DNA of 64,000 bases, taken from Utricularia gibba (taxonomy: Eukaryota; Plantae; Magnoliophyta). Location of the stretch: the NCBI GenBank assembly GCA_002189035.1, contig NEEC01000019.1:868001-932000 (forward strand), given 5' to 3'. Shown in pieces: positions 1 through 12,063 of this stretch. The notes beneath the pieces were generated by a model. It was not told the origin of the DNA, searched no databases, and saw only the letters and a program-made list of their open reading frames with translations. Position 1 is the stretch's first letter, and every line of letters begins with the position of its first letter. The translations under genes and the position numbers were made by a program.

Positions 1-132
1 TGTGGTGGCGGCAGAGCAGCGGGGCTGCTCCGGCGGCACCATGACGCCGGAGCTGAATTGTAGGGCACCGGAAAGGATCCAATAGCACTTGCCAAAGGTC
101 AAAACTTGTTTATATGCAGGTTTGCCGGTTGA
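1..132 (+). pseudogene. Degenerate plantacyanin exon-2 remnant (5' part lies outside the window)
   Basis: Frame 2 from base 2 reads VVAAEQRGCS. Frame 1 from base 70 reads GKDPIALAKGQNLFICRFAG-stop (TGA 130-132). These align to NVVAV..YYGCS..GRDQITLARGQNFFICSIPGHC of the intact copy at 2074-2273. The two pieces are in different frames and the stop falls before the His and Met ligands. Confidence 0.7.
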
Positions 133-1732
133 TGATGTTTGAAAACATCAATCTAAAATTAATTTCAATATAGTTAAATATTTTTAAGAATTATTATTGT
201 ATAACTGATTCATATTTGAAATTTAAAAAATGATAATTTTTTTGTAATTAAATGAATTTATTTATAAATATTCATATTTTATAAATAATTTATATAACAA
301 AATATTATAATATAACATTTTAAAAATAGATTTATAAATTATTTTAAATAGATTTATATTAAAACTATAGTTATATAAATAATTTATATAATAATTTAAA
401 TAGGTTTATATTAAAATTATAATACTTTAATAACTTATTTAAATAAAAAATCATTATAAAATTATTCATTTTAAAAGTTAATAATTGTAATAGAGGTATA
501 TTTGTAAATTTGTATTCCAAATTAATTATGTTGAGGGCAAGAATCGTTATCCGAGAGGAAGCCGATTTTTGGGTTATGGGTGCATCCGGATATGCCGCGC
601 CTGGTTAAGTTTGTGGTGTTTCGCTCGGTTCGTTTTAGCATAAATAAAGATAGACGGAGATTTTTACATGAAAATCATCGAGAAATGGAAAAATCACAGA
701 GCTGTCGAGACTCGTCGGAGAAATGGTTTTCACTAGACGAAAGTGAGGAAAAATACAAGTCGGAAGGGGTAGAGTCGAACCTTTTTATCTTCAATGTTTT
801 TCATACTTATAGGAGAGACCGATCTGATCGAATCCTGAGTTTTGCAGATATCGACCGCTTTCTGTACCTGTAATATGTATTGTGATTTTACTTTTCAGAT
901 TATCGTCGCCTGCTCTATTGTAATTCAGCCACTTTTCAGACTGTGCAAAATGGACACTACTGTCTAATCTCTGACAAATATTGGTCTATCGATCGGTACC
1001 AGGTTGTTATGACACATTTTGGCTCTTTTTCAGAGACTGATTATTCACATCCGATTTGTACCCCATCAAATTATAAAAAATTAATTCTCACATAAAATTT
1101 ATAAGTCTTTAAATTATAATAGAATTATTTTAAATCATTTACGAAATAAGATAATTGAGTAAATATTTGAAAAAGAAAATTAGTTCATACACAAATTCAT
1201 TAATTCTTTGAAAAGATATGATTGTTGTGTCAAATGTGTATGCGTTGACTTATGGGTAACTTATTATTATTGAAGGAAAAATTAATTATAACGTGTGTCT
1301 GATGTGTAATTTTATTTGTACAGAATATTATCAAATAATGATAATTACTTGAAATATTTTAAATAATTAACAAAGATAATTTATATAAAATATTATAATT
1401 CGAAATTGATGGTGAATTAATTTACAAAAAATAAAACTTTGGCGTCACTTTTTAGGAGAGGAGAAGGCTTTTGGACAAAATGAGCGTCGGTAAAGACAGG
1501 GATGGCCGGCCGCGCCTTAAAGGCACCAAACCAAAAGTCCAATTCCGCAGAAGCGCTTTCTTCACTGGGACCCACTTCTGCATTTCTTTTCCGCGCCATT
1601 GTATTATTTATTATTAAAATAATAGAATAATTTGATCCCAGACCGGCCGAGTCACTCTTTCTCGGACGGGTTTCATGGAGTAACTCGGTTTCCCGGTTCG
1701 CAATTAAATGCCATGAGGAGGAATATTTTCTC

Positions 1733-1740
1733 TATAAATA
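1733..1740 (+). promoter_or_regulatory. TATA box of plantacyanin 1
   Basis: TATAAATA about 65 nt upstream of the ATG. The paralogue has TATAAAT at 6651-6657 in an equivalent position. Confidence 0.6.
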
Positions 1741-1801
1741 CGACTGGAGTGGTAGTGGGAGTGGCAGAGGGAGTTGCAGGGAGGACTGAGAGAGCTTACA
1801 G

Positions 1802-2273
1802 ATGATGAAGACCGAGGGAAGAGGCAGTGCAGCGGTGGTTTCCGTGGTCATGCTGGTGGCCATGGCGGTGGTGCTTCATTCCGGCACAGCGGAAGCCGCC
1901 ACGTATGTCGTCGGAGATCGCAGGGGCTGGACTTTCAATGTCGCCAGTTGGACTAATGGCAAGCCGTTCAGAGCCGGCGACACTCTCGGTAAGTTTTTTT
2001 TTTTTTTTTTTTACTGGGTTACTGGAAAGACAGACCTTTTTACAAACTCTGAGGGGAAAACTTTTTTCAACAGTTTTCAACTACAACCCTTTGTTCCACA
2101 ATGTGGTGGCGGTGAACAGAGGGGGTTATTACGGCTGCTCTGCTCCACGGGGATCCCGTTTTTATACCAGCGGAAGAGATCAGATCACGCTTGCCAGAGG
2201 CCAAAACTTTTTCATCTGTAGTATTCCCGGGCACTGCTCTGGCGGGATGAAGATTGCTCTTAATGCTGTGTAA
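1802..2273 (+). CDS. Plantacyanin / basic blue copper protein (phytocyanin), 2 exons: 1802-1988, 2074-2273; 128 aa
   Basis: Signal peptide, then ATYVVGDRRGWTF and FRAGDTL|VFNY. Type-1 Cu ligands His (HNV) and Cys/His/Met (FICSIPGHCSGGMK) are present. GT-AG intron 1989-2073 restores the frame. Confidence 0.95.
1812..1832 (+). promoter_or_regulatory. miR408 target site in plantacyanin 1 mRNA
   Basis: CCGAGGGAAGAGGCAGTGCAG versus the reverse complement of miR408-3p, GCCAGGGAAGAGGCAGTGCAT. The 17-nt core 1815-1831 is perfect. Confidence 0.9.
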
Positions 2274-2533
2274 CGAGCGTGCCAAGCTCTGTGTGTCTCT
2301 CCCGGTCATCTTTCAGTAATAAAAATGTGTTTCCGACCAGATTGTGTGACAAAGGACATGAACCAGTGAACACAAAATAATGAACTAACATCGTTGAGTC
2401 CAAACCTCGAAGAAGAGAACTGAATGGATAAAAGGCCCAATCCGTCGACTTTTAGCCCGGACCGTTACGAATCCCTCTGTCTTAAAACGTCTAGAGAAAG
2501 GAATAACAACGGAAAATTGAAAAGTTGCTAGAG

Positions 2534-5500
2534 ATGTCGAGTAGTGCAGAGAGGACGAGGCCCTTCGCCTTGTTCATGGCTTTCGGCACCAAGGGCGACG
2601 CTTACCCCATTGCTGTGTGCTTCTTTGCTTATTTCGTTTAGCGTTTCAACATTGAGTGCCTAGTTTCATTTCGCGGGCTTCTTCTTTTTTCTTTTAAACT
2701 GCAGGCCTTAGCTGCGGCCTTCGCTTGCGATCATCCAGATTATGACGTGCAATTTGTAACTCATTCTGCTCACGACGTATGATGTCATCTATGAGGCTCT
2801 TCTTGGGATTGGGATTGTGCTTGTTCACAAATGTTGGTCTCTCGTTTGCAGAATCTTGAAGTTCGGCTGCGCAAAAAAGGCGTTTCATTTTTTCCGGTTT
2901 CCTCCCTACCCGTTTTCTCTGTGGAGCAACACAAAGATACTGGAGATTCTGAAGGTGCTTTTCGGTATATGATTGTTGAAATTTATAAAGCATGTCCTTA
3001 TGCCAGTTCAGAGTTCTGTAATCAAAATTTATCTGTGCTTATTGCTTTCCTCGTTTAGACTTTCATCTAAATGGCCAGGATGTATCAAGGTCTCTTTTTC
3101 ACAGAAGAAGAAAGAGATCACTAGAAAACACCGGCAGGAGTGCCTCTCAATAGTTGACAAAATGTATGGGAATGGGGCAATCTTAGACGGCGATCTCATA
3201 GTCATAAATTTCTTTGCACTGGTATGTTCTCTATAATGGATCGTTTTAAAGTACTCCGCACGGCAAAGCAGCAGTAAATTTTCATAATTTTATCCATCGT
3301 TATATCCTTTCAGGAAGGTTGGAGTCTTGCTGAACTTTTTCGTGTTCGGTGTATGGTTGCAGCTCCTTATGTTGTTCCATACAGGTATCTTTTTTTTCTG
3401 AAGTTGCAAAGTCCTTCTTAGGTATGATAAACTTGAAGTGAGGCAAGTGAATGGAACTGAAAAGTTTTCGGCCTTTTCTTTTATGAGCATTCTATGATAT
3501 TGAATAGTTTTCACTTTCAATGACTATTTTCACTCACCCTGTGACTAGTGCCCCCTCGTCTTTTGAGCGCCAATTCAAGAATGAACATCCTCTTTTATAC
3601 CAATATCTTCGAGAAGCTCCAAGTGGTAAGGTATATCTTGTCTCTACTTTCTTCTGCATGCATTGATATCTTTTTGTTTCGTTAGCTACATATAATCTAC
3701 TTTTTTCCCCATCTCCCAATGAGTATTTGATTGATAATTCCAATTGAACCAGACCCGCGTGCATGTTACATGTGTCTATCGAACCATTTTACCAGCCTGT
3801 CGCTTCTGGCTTTGATTGTAACTCTTACTTTCCCTGGAATTTATTGAAAATATAATTCTTGGTTAACTCAGCAATTACACTTGATTTTTCAGATTTGTTG
3901 GGGAGATGTTATGCACTGGATGTGGCCCTTATTCACTGATGACTGGGGGATATGGAGAAGCTTTGATCTTCACTTGAGCTTTTGGCCCTTTATGGTCACA
4001 GCCGCTTCCATTAGATAATATTTTGCCTTTTTTTTCTCATTTCTAGAAATAAACAAAAAATGTTTGATGTGTATACAAGTATTTCTTTTTGTTGATCTAA
4101 ACCAGGACCCAGTTACGTCCCTCCCAACATGGCATGATAGGCCTGCATCTCCCCTGCTTCTGTATGATTTTTTTTTTTTTTTTCTGAAAGGGATTGGTTT
4201 TTGTGCTTTAAAATTCTGCAATATCCACAAGGAAAAGTGCACTTCTGTTGAAGAACACATTTGTCTCTTGTAAACTTATTCTATGCTGCCTCATTTATTC
4301 CTTGTAATGGCCTGGTGCCTTTGTTGAACAGATACGGGTTTAGTAGAGAAATTGTTGACTACCCTGGTAAATTTTATTAGCTACTTTGTGGTTTACATGC
4401 TCGCTTTTGGCTTACTATTCATTATAGTTGTACTAGCAGACTTTTGTATATACCTCCCTTTTTTGATGTTGCACATTCTAGGTTACTGGCCATCTTCGGT
4501 ACGGGTTTGTGGGTTTTGGTTTCTCCCACCGGATTGGCAATTCTCTTGTCCCAATTGTTCAGAAATGTCATCTTTGTGTCCGTCAAGTAAACCAAACCCC
4601 ATAAATGAGCTGTGTTCGACTCATACAAAGTTTAAGCACTTTCTGGATTCTTCAGATGAGCAACCTATTTTCATTGGTCTCAGTTCCATTGGTAGGTGAG
4701 TCCATTTTAAGTTTTGACATGGCCTATCAAACTCTTGAGGGTTTTTCATTCTAATATCTCTCTATTGGAATTTTCATCTTTAGATGATACTTAGACAATG
4801 CAGAAGTATACATGTTGAGCTTATAGCACAGTTCAAGTCTTGTGTAACTTTTCTATGCCGGACTGTTGATAAGAAGATGTAATCGTAGAAATTTTTAACT
4901 TGGATTTTGTAACAGAAGAATATTAGATATTTCTATGGCCTCCATATCTTCTATCACCTTTAGAGAAATTAAATTCTTTTATATATGTAGCTGTATCATT
5001 CTCACTGTAGCCCCCTTCTGCAGCATGGGTTACCTTGGGGATCCAAAGGCGTTCCTTTTGGTCCTGGAAATGGCTCTTAGAATGTCGAGTTACAGATTTA
5101 TTTTGTTTTCAGCTGGTTATGGGCCCTTAGATACTGCTATTGAAATCTTTTCTAATATGCCCTCAACTTCCAAGAACATGCAACTTGGTGAAGCATTGAA
5201 CCACCTGTTTGAAGGTCGACTCCTTTGCTATTCGGGGTTAGTTCTACCAACAAAACTAAGATTTTCTAGTCTTGATACAATTAAATCTACTATCCTGGTT
5301 CTCCTATTACTAAAGATACTCTTTACTAGGTGCAAATTCAGCTTAATTGTCTACTATATGATTTTTTTAATAATTATTTTTCTTGAGCAGTGATATGCCA
5401 TACAGGTGGCTGTTTCCTCAGTGCGCTGCTGTTGTCCACCATGGAGGAAGGTATCTTTCCTTTCCACCTTCTCCCATTTCCCAGATTGTTTTCTGTGTAT

Positions 5501-6082
5501 TGAAGCTCTGAAAGAGTTCATCTTTTGAATGTCACTCATTGCCAGCGGATCCACTGCAGCCGCTCTTCATGCTGGAGTTCCTCAGGTTTAGTTTATCTTA
5601 TCTAGCATTTGTATTGTTGTTCAGAGTTTTAAATGATATCCCAGTTGAACAAGAACAAGTAATTGCTCGCTAGTCATCAACTTATGTTTTTTTTTTTTTT
5701 CACGGACACACCCCTTATCTGTAAAATGTGTCAGGTTATTTGTCCTTTTATCCTGGACCAGTTTTACTGGGCAGAGAGGATGCATTGGCTTGGTGTTGCC
5801 TCAGAGCCATTAAAAAGTAGTCAACTGTTTCCATCCGGAGAAGATGGCAACTCCCTACTAGAAGCTGCAACTATGCTTGTAAGGGCAATCAATCATGCCT
5901 TATCCACTGACATCAAGACGAATGCAGCAAGACTGTCAACTAGGCTAGCAGCGGAGGTAATGCTTACTGGATCCGAGGCTCAACTAGTTGCATTTTATCC
6001 TGCCAACTGACCTTCATTCGTCCCTCAGGATGGTGTTGCAGTGGCCATGGAGATAATCAAGAAGGAAATTCTTCACATGTGA
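2534..6082 (+). CDS. UDP-glycosyltransferase, sterol 3-beta-glucosyltransferase (UGT80)-like; about 15 exons
   Basis: The N-terminal FMAFGTKGDAYP and the spliced C-terminal [51 protein letters not shown] nucleotide-sugar binding signature are present. The exons join in frame with GT-AG introns. Stop TGA 6080-6082. Confidence 0.88.
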
Positions 6083-6711
6083 GGCTTCAAGTTTCAATCA
6101 GATATCTGAGGCACTTCACATTACATCTGATGCTAACATACTTCACTAAACTGCTAAGCAACTTGTCAACCACTGCTTTAGCCAACTGTTTCAATCTGTA
6201 GACATTGATTAGCCGACATTTATCAGTTGCCTTATTTTGGGGTGGGGGTCCAGGAAATAAATTCAGAAATAGACCAATGATGAATCATCGACCAATGGTC
6301 CAAAGAAGAACAAGAAGGTTCAAGTTGGTTGGATGTATTTTTCTTCACCCTACATACTTTCTACTTAAGGTCTGTTATTTTATCTTTCATTTGAAAATTG
6401 AAAAATTTCACGTGAAAGTTAAGTACTCTGGGAAAATTTTCATAAAGGCTATTCCTTACTTTACTCTTATGGGCCAAGTTCATTATTATTCTTTGGATTG
6501 TCTATTGATTCATGGGCGATGCAGGTTACACTTTATTTGCAGCTTAATCATTCTAGAAATTGAGAGTAAAATAAATGGAGCAGGTAGGATGCCGCTATAG
6601 CATTATAATTAAAATAAATCTATGATTTCAGTTCCTTTGGTTTCTTTTTCTATAAATCCAACAAGGAACATGGAGAGTAGTTCGAGAGTAGCAGGTGGCA
6701 GAAAGGGATTG

Positions 6712-7176
6712 ATGGCCAAGGGAAGAGGCAGTGCAGCGGTGGCTTCCATAGCCCTGGTGGTGGTTGCGGTGCTGCTGCTCCATTCCGGGATGACTGAAGC
6801 TCTAACCTCCTACACCGTTGGAGGCAGGGATGGCTGGTCTTTCGGTGTCAGCAGTTGGCCTAGAGGCAAGCGGTTCCTAGCCGGCGACACTCTTGGTAAC
6901 AGATAATCTCCTGCATTATGCACATGGCTCACCCTGTCTTCTCTTTATCATGGCTTTCTTTTCCACCACCATACAGTGTTCAACTACGACCCTTCATTCC
7001 ATAATGTAGCTGCTGTGGATGGACTCAGCTACGCCAGATGCTCGGCGCCACCCAGAGCCCGCGCGCTTGGTAGTGGAAGAGATCAGGTGAAGCTCGTCAA
7101 GGGTGCAAATTTCTTCATCTGCACCGTGCCTGGACACTGTCAGTCTGGACTGAAGATGGCTCTTGTGGCTCTGTGA
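6712..7176 (+). CDS. Plantacyanin 2, 2 exons: 6712-6895, 6977-7176; 127 aa
   Basis: Starts MAKGRGSA, then signal peptide, YTVGGRDGW, GDTL|VFNYDPSFHNV and FICTVPGHCQSGLK. The intron is at the same position as in copy 1. The residue matching copy 1's axial Met (GGMK) reads Leu (SGLK), with Met two residues later. Confidence 0.93.
6716..6736 (+). promoter_or_regulatory. miR408 target site in plantacyanin 2 mRNA
   Basis: CCAAGGGAAGAGGCAGTGCAG. The 17-nt core 6719-6735 is perfectly complementary to miR408-3p. Confidence 0.9.
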
Positions 7177-7450
7177 TGAACATGAACTCCTCCCCTGTGT
7201 ACTTTAATAATATCGTGGTTCTGCTTCCTAACGAGGCATCCCTTTTTCTGAAACACTTACAAGAAAATGATTGTATCCTGGTTTGTCCTTGTGGAGAAGC
7301 TTAAGCTTGAAACTAAGTTGATTCCTTTCCCAATCCCCTGGAATCTCCTGCACAAGCCATTCCATGGGCGATCTCCTCTCCCCACAAGCCATCGTGCTTC
7401 CATTAAGAAGCACCTTCTCCCTCGCTATAAGTGCTGATTCTGAGTTTTCT

Positions 7451-8259
7451 ATGATTCGTTGTCCCCGGGTCGTCTTCCACGGCGTTGCGAGGGCCAGAAC
7501 GTATCATTACTATTGGTGTCGTCATTGCAGCCGAGCCGTCCGGACCAGGGCCTCGGACCCTGGCGCAGGGATATGTCCGCACTGTTCGTCTCAATTGAGC
7601 CTCGAGCTCGACGTCTCTAGGCCGACGCGCCGTCTCCTGGATCCGGCACCGGGGCCCGTCTGCTCGAATCCCTGGCAGGAGCCCTGGATTCTCCGGTCAG
7701 GCCACGAGAACGACAGAATCAGGATCATGGTGATCTAGGGCCTGGAAACATGTTAACTCCGATTCATAACTTCGATTTCGATCAATGCGATCCCGTATCC
7801 AGCGAATCAACGATTCAGGGCCTGGTGGAGACCCAACTGAGCGACGAGCATCTGCAATCCGACGAATGCTGCCCTGTCTGCAAAGACGAATTCCTTGTTG
7901 GGCATAGGGTAATGGAGCTTCCTTGCAGACATTTCTACCACCGTGACTGCATTCTTCCATGGCTCCAAATTCGAGACACCTGCCCCGTATGCCGGTTCAG
8001 GGTCCCCGGATTATCCCATGACGACGACGACAACAACCGCAGCTTCCACGACACTTTTAGCAACTTCATCCCAGAGAATCTTGAACAACAAGGCTATGAC
8101 AGATACCATGAAAACTGGAGATGGATGACTGCTCTTACCACAACCCCATTCAGCTTGTTGGGAAGCTTGGGTCAACTCCTCCTCGACTTCCTCGACGGTC
8201 GGATCCATGTTTCCGGTGGAGACAACCCGTGGTGGCATTCCTGGGGCCTCCATTTCTAG
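7451..8259 (+). CDS. RING-H2 E3 ubiquitin ligase with N-terminal zinc ribbon (RZF1/RHC-like), intronless, apparent -1 frameshift at GGGG 7651-7654
   Basis: The N-part has YWCRHC...CPHC. The C-part has the RING-H2 CPVCKDEF...LPCRHFYHRDCILPWLQIRDTCPVCR. The RING frame is open back to 7654 (ARLLESLA). Adding one G joins both parts. Confidence 0.8.
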
Positions 8260-10077
8260 GAACTAGAGAGGAGCAGGTAAGCTTCCTGAAATCATATGAT
8301 CCCATCCCATCGGCAACGAAGCCGGTTTAGTCTCTACTGGTTGCTCGACAGGCGCACATGGAGACGATGAAGGATTCTCTCGGAACTGTAAAAAAGACGC
8401 ATCCATCACCTGCGTAAAAGCATCTAGAAGAATGTCCATGAAATGGAAGCAGTTGTTTATAACACTACATCTAAAAAATAAAAATACATGTACGGATCTG
8501 CATTCTGTAATTTCAAAAAATAAGATTGTTCCTTTTTAATTAAGATTAAAATAATTTATTACAAGTAACTCCTTTTTTTTTATCAAAATGACACTTTTAG
8601 TCTTTAATACTTGGTTAAAGTGCCGTGTTTAATAATTATTAGCATAATTGATCCCAAATTTGTAGCATTTTCAACATGTTTATTGAGAAAATATCACAAC
8701 TCATGATATTTTTCATTCTAAGTACTTAATTCATACGATTTTATATTTTTTTGAAAACATATCTCATACAAGATTAGTAAAATTATTCTATTTAAACTTA
8801 TCATTTATTGCCTGGTTTATAATCAATATGAGATATCATCAATACTCTATATACATTGTAAAATTAATTTTTAATATTGTTTAGTTTTAGCATAATTATT
8901 TATATTATTTGAAAACATTACATGATCCATATTATTAAAAAAAAAGACATGCTTAGTTTATATTTTTTTTACTATATGATAAAATTGATTATCAAATTAA
9001 ATCAATATCACATATCTCTAATGTTTTCCAAAATAAAAAAAAATTCATCTTTATGATCAAACCTTAATTTTTATCTCAAATTTCATTATTAATAGTCAAC
9101 AGATGATAGTGAAAATTATGATCAATTTTATCATTTTGAAAAACATTGAAAATTATTTTCTTATGAAATTCTTTATCGAAAAAAAGATGACTAATTTTAT
9201 GGAAACCAATTCTGTTCAATTTTGAAATATTAAAAACTGATTTTATCTTATTTTTAAATAATGAAAATGAATATTAATATTGTGAATATTGATTATATAA
9301 TTTGGGTAAATAGGATGGACTATTGGCTATTGCGCAATTATTCATTCTCTAAACGACAAAAGACAAAAAAAGAAAAAGAAATAACATAAATAGAATGGGT
9401 GTGGGCCATGGCCCAGGATCGAAATTGCGTACCAACGATGTTCCCAGAAGCCCAACAAGATGACATATTCGTTATCCATTACACGTGGATCCAGCGCTCC
9501 CCGGCCCACCCCAATTGCACTTCACATGTATTTACACGTAGGCGGATGCCTACGTTCCCGGTCTCCCCCTTCTTCTTTCTTTTTCGTTTTTTTTCCTTTT
9601 TTGTTGAGGACAAAATAATTGCTAAAAAGCCAATAAAAACCCGGAAATTAGTTAAAAACAGTCCGAAATTCGAAAAAAATCGACAAAAAAATCGTAATTT
9701 TAGATTAAATTATGTAAATTTTATGATTATGTGATATGAAATTTTTATATTACTATTACAATGAATGTTGAAAATAACCATTAATTTGTACAAATAGTAA
9801 AAATTATTTTACTAATATTTTGAAAAAAAGTGTGTAAATTGTTTGTTTACTTACCCCACGCGGTGAGAGGGCGCGTGACCGGAGGTAGCCCATGGCTTCG
9901 TCCACCCACAGATACGGAGCCCACCATAACTCGCCGTTAATTATTCTGTTACCGAAGTCTGCGAGCTCGGATTCTCGGAACCGAATGCCTCTTCTTCTTC
10001 TATAAAGTCCCTCATTTCTTGTTACGCATCTGGTTTTGCCAAAAAACCAGAAGAGTAAGTCCCCTGGTTTCACCGTC

Positions 10078-10545
10078 ATGACAACCAGATCACACCAAGC
10101 TCCCACTGCTTTCACTTCCCGATCACTCTCGCCGGTCAGCCGGTTCTCCTCCGGCCGGTACCTCCTGAGAAACGATTCCAGACCCAACACGACCATCTCA
10201 CGCGCCGCCACTCTCGGCCGATCCGCCCTTCATCATTCCGGCGCCAAGAAAACCTGCATGTGCTCGCCGACGATGCATCCGGGGTCGTTCAGGTGCAGCC
10301 TCCACAAGGGGCGTCGCGAAACGCCGTCGTATCGGCCCAGCGGTCAGTTGAATTGCACGCGGCGATCGGCGATGACGAATTCTCTGGTTCGCATCGGGAC
10401 CGTGGAGGGGGATTTGGTTAAGAGGGCACTCGCCGCGCTGATCAGACCGTCTTCGAATAGCCTACACCGCCGCGCCGACTTTCAGCCGCGCCCCAGCCGC
10501 CTCTCGGTAATGCTGACCGCCGGCGATTCCCTAAGCCGAGCCTGA
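10078..10545 (+). CDS. Plant serine-rich protein-related family, intronless
   Basis: Motifs TCMCSPTMHPGSFRCSLHK, RRSAMTNSLVRIGTVEGDLVKRALAALIRPSS and RRADFQPRPSRLSVM are typical of this uncharacterised plant family. Confidence 0.88.
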   Translation: MTTRSHQAPTAFTSRSLSPVSRFSSGRYLLRNDSRPNTTISRAATLGRSALHHSGAKKTCMCSPTMHPGSFRCSLHKGRRETPSYRPSGQLNCTRRSAMTNSLVRIGTVEGDLVKRALAALIRPSSNSLHRRADFQPRPSRLSVMLTAGDSLSRA

Positions 10546-11522
10546 GTTTTTTTTTTAGGTTTCGGAAAACCCTTCCGGTGGCTTATCTGGGGTCGATTTT
10601 GTTTTTTTTTTTCTTGAATAACATATGATACGAGAGCTCTGCACGTTTTTTGGAGTCTCTCGTTTCCATTTTCGATGACTTATTTGGAAATTGAACCATA
10701 AATTAAGTGTATTAAATTATAATACAAAATATATTGCCATAATTTGTTGGGGATGAATTCCTTTTATTTTAGAGAGGAGTAGCTGGAGCCACGAGTTCTA
10801 ATTCACCCGATTACACATGCACTTGAACTGTAAATGAGTACGAGTGATTTGCATTCGTATTCAACAAACACGAATTTCATTGGCATGTGACTTTAATTTA
10901 TATTTTTTATTTTAACTCATTCAATTTAACTTGTGACTCGACCAATGATGACCTGTGACTAGGTCTAAAAATGACTGTAAAATAATATTAATACATAAAA
11001 CACAATCATTTTGGCTTCAAAATTAAAGATACAAAATAAAAAGCTTTGACGTCAGCTTCTCCTTTTTTTAAGAATTTTTTTTGAGAAATAAAACTCGATT
11101 TATTGTCGCACGGAACCAAGGTAGGACAATAGTATAGTTAAAATATTTTTGTTTCCAAATACTTTCGCGAGCTTGTCTTCGCCTATTTTAAATTTAATTA
11201 AAGAATATAAATGAAATTACGGAATAAATAATATAAAATTGTAAAATGGTTGGAGCCCCACGCCTCTTAAAAATGCACTTTTCAAAAGCCGGGTATTAAA
11301 TTCATCGTCGCTTATCATTTATTACACAACCCCACGGTTAAATTATCCTATATTAAATAATATATATTAATATATGTTTTACTATATATTGAATATTTAA
11401 CAATTTTTTGATGAAATACAAATTTATCTATCAGATTCATTTATTTTAATCTTATAATAATACAGTATAATATTATCTTTTATATTCTAAAATAATTATC
11501 TATTGTAGATATGTTAGTAATA

Positions 11523-11538
11523 ATATATATATATATAT
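11523..11538. repeat. (AT)n microsatellite
   Basis: Perfect AT dinucleotide run of about 8 units. Confidence 0.75.
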
Positions 11539-11729
11539 AATATTCAATCAAATACGTGATAATAGTAATTTTCTTTATAAAAAAACATTCATGTTTTTTA
11601 ATTCAATTATTTTTATATAAATTAATCTCATCAATATTTAATATTGAATAGAAAAACAAATGAACTCTAATATTTAATGAAATCTTGCAAGTCTCACTTC
11701 TGCGGTTTGCTGAATTAGGGTATGTTTTG

Positions 11730-12063
11730 TAATTTAAATTCGTGCTTAAATTTTGTAAAATGGAATCAGTTTTAAGATTATTTGAAATAGAATCAATTTA
11801 AAATTGTAAAATTATTTATGCGATAATATAAAATTATATTATAATACTTAATAAAATAAAAATATATAATAAAATATAATATAATAAATTAGTATATAAT
11901 TTAATATTATGATATAAATATATTTTTAAAATAAAAAGTAAATATTATAATTTTTTGAAGTTACTCACACAATCTGAATTTATGATTTTAATACACAATA
12001 TTTAAATATTAAAATCTTCAAAAATTAAATAAAATCATTTCAATAAATTATAAACCAGAGCAG
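11730..12063 (+). repeat. Dispersed AT-rich repeat family A, copy 1 (probable degenerate non-autonomous DNA transposon)
   Basis: Shares colinear blocks (GAATCA.TTTAAAATT, ATAA.ATAAAATTATATT, TATAATTTAAT.T.ATGA.ATAAAT.TATTTTTA, AAAATTAAATAAAATCATTT) with 15961-16349 and 18040-18385. Ends in AACCAGAGC. Confidence 0.6.

Noticed and set aside
530-960. ORF 580-873 and nearby complex sequence
   Set aside because: No recognisable motif and a non-ATG start in the track. It may be a decayed fragment but I cannot support a call.
10944-10980. Possible box C/D snoRNA (AATGATGA)
   Set aside because: No matching CTGA D box with a terminal stem at a suitable distance.
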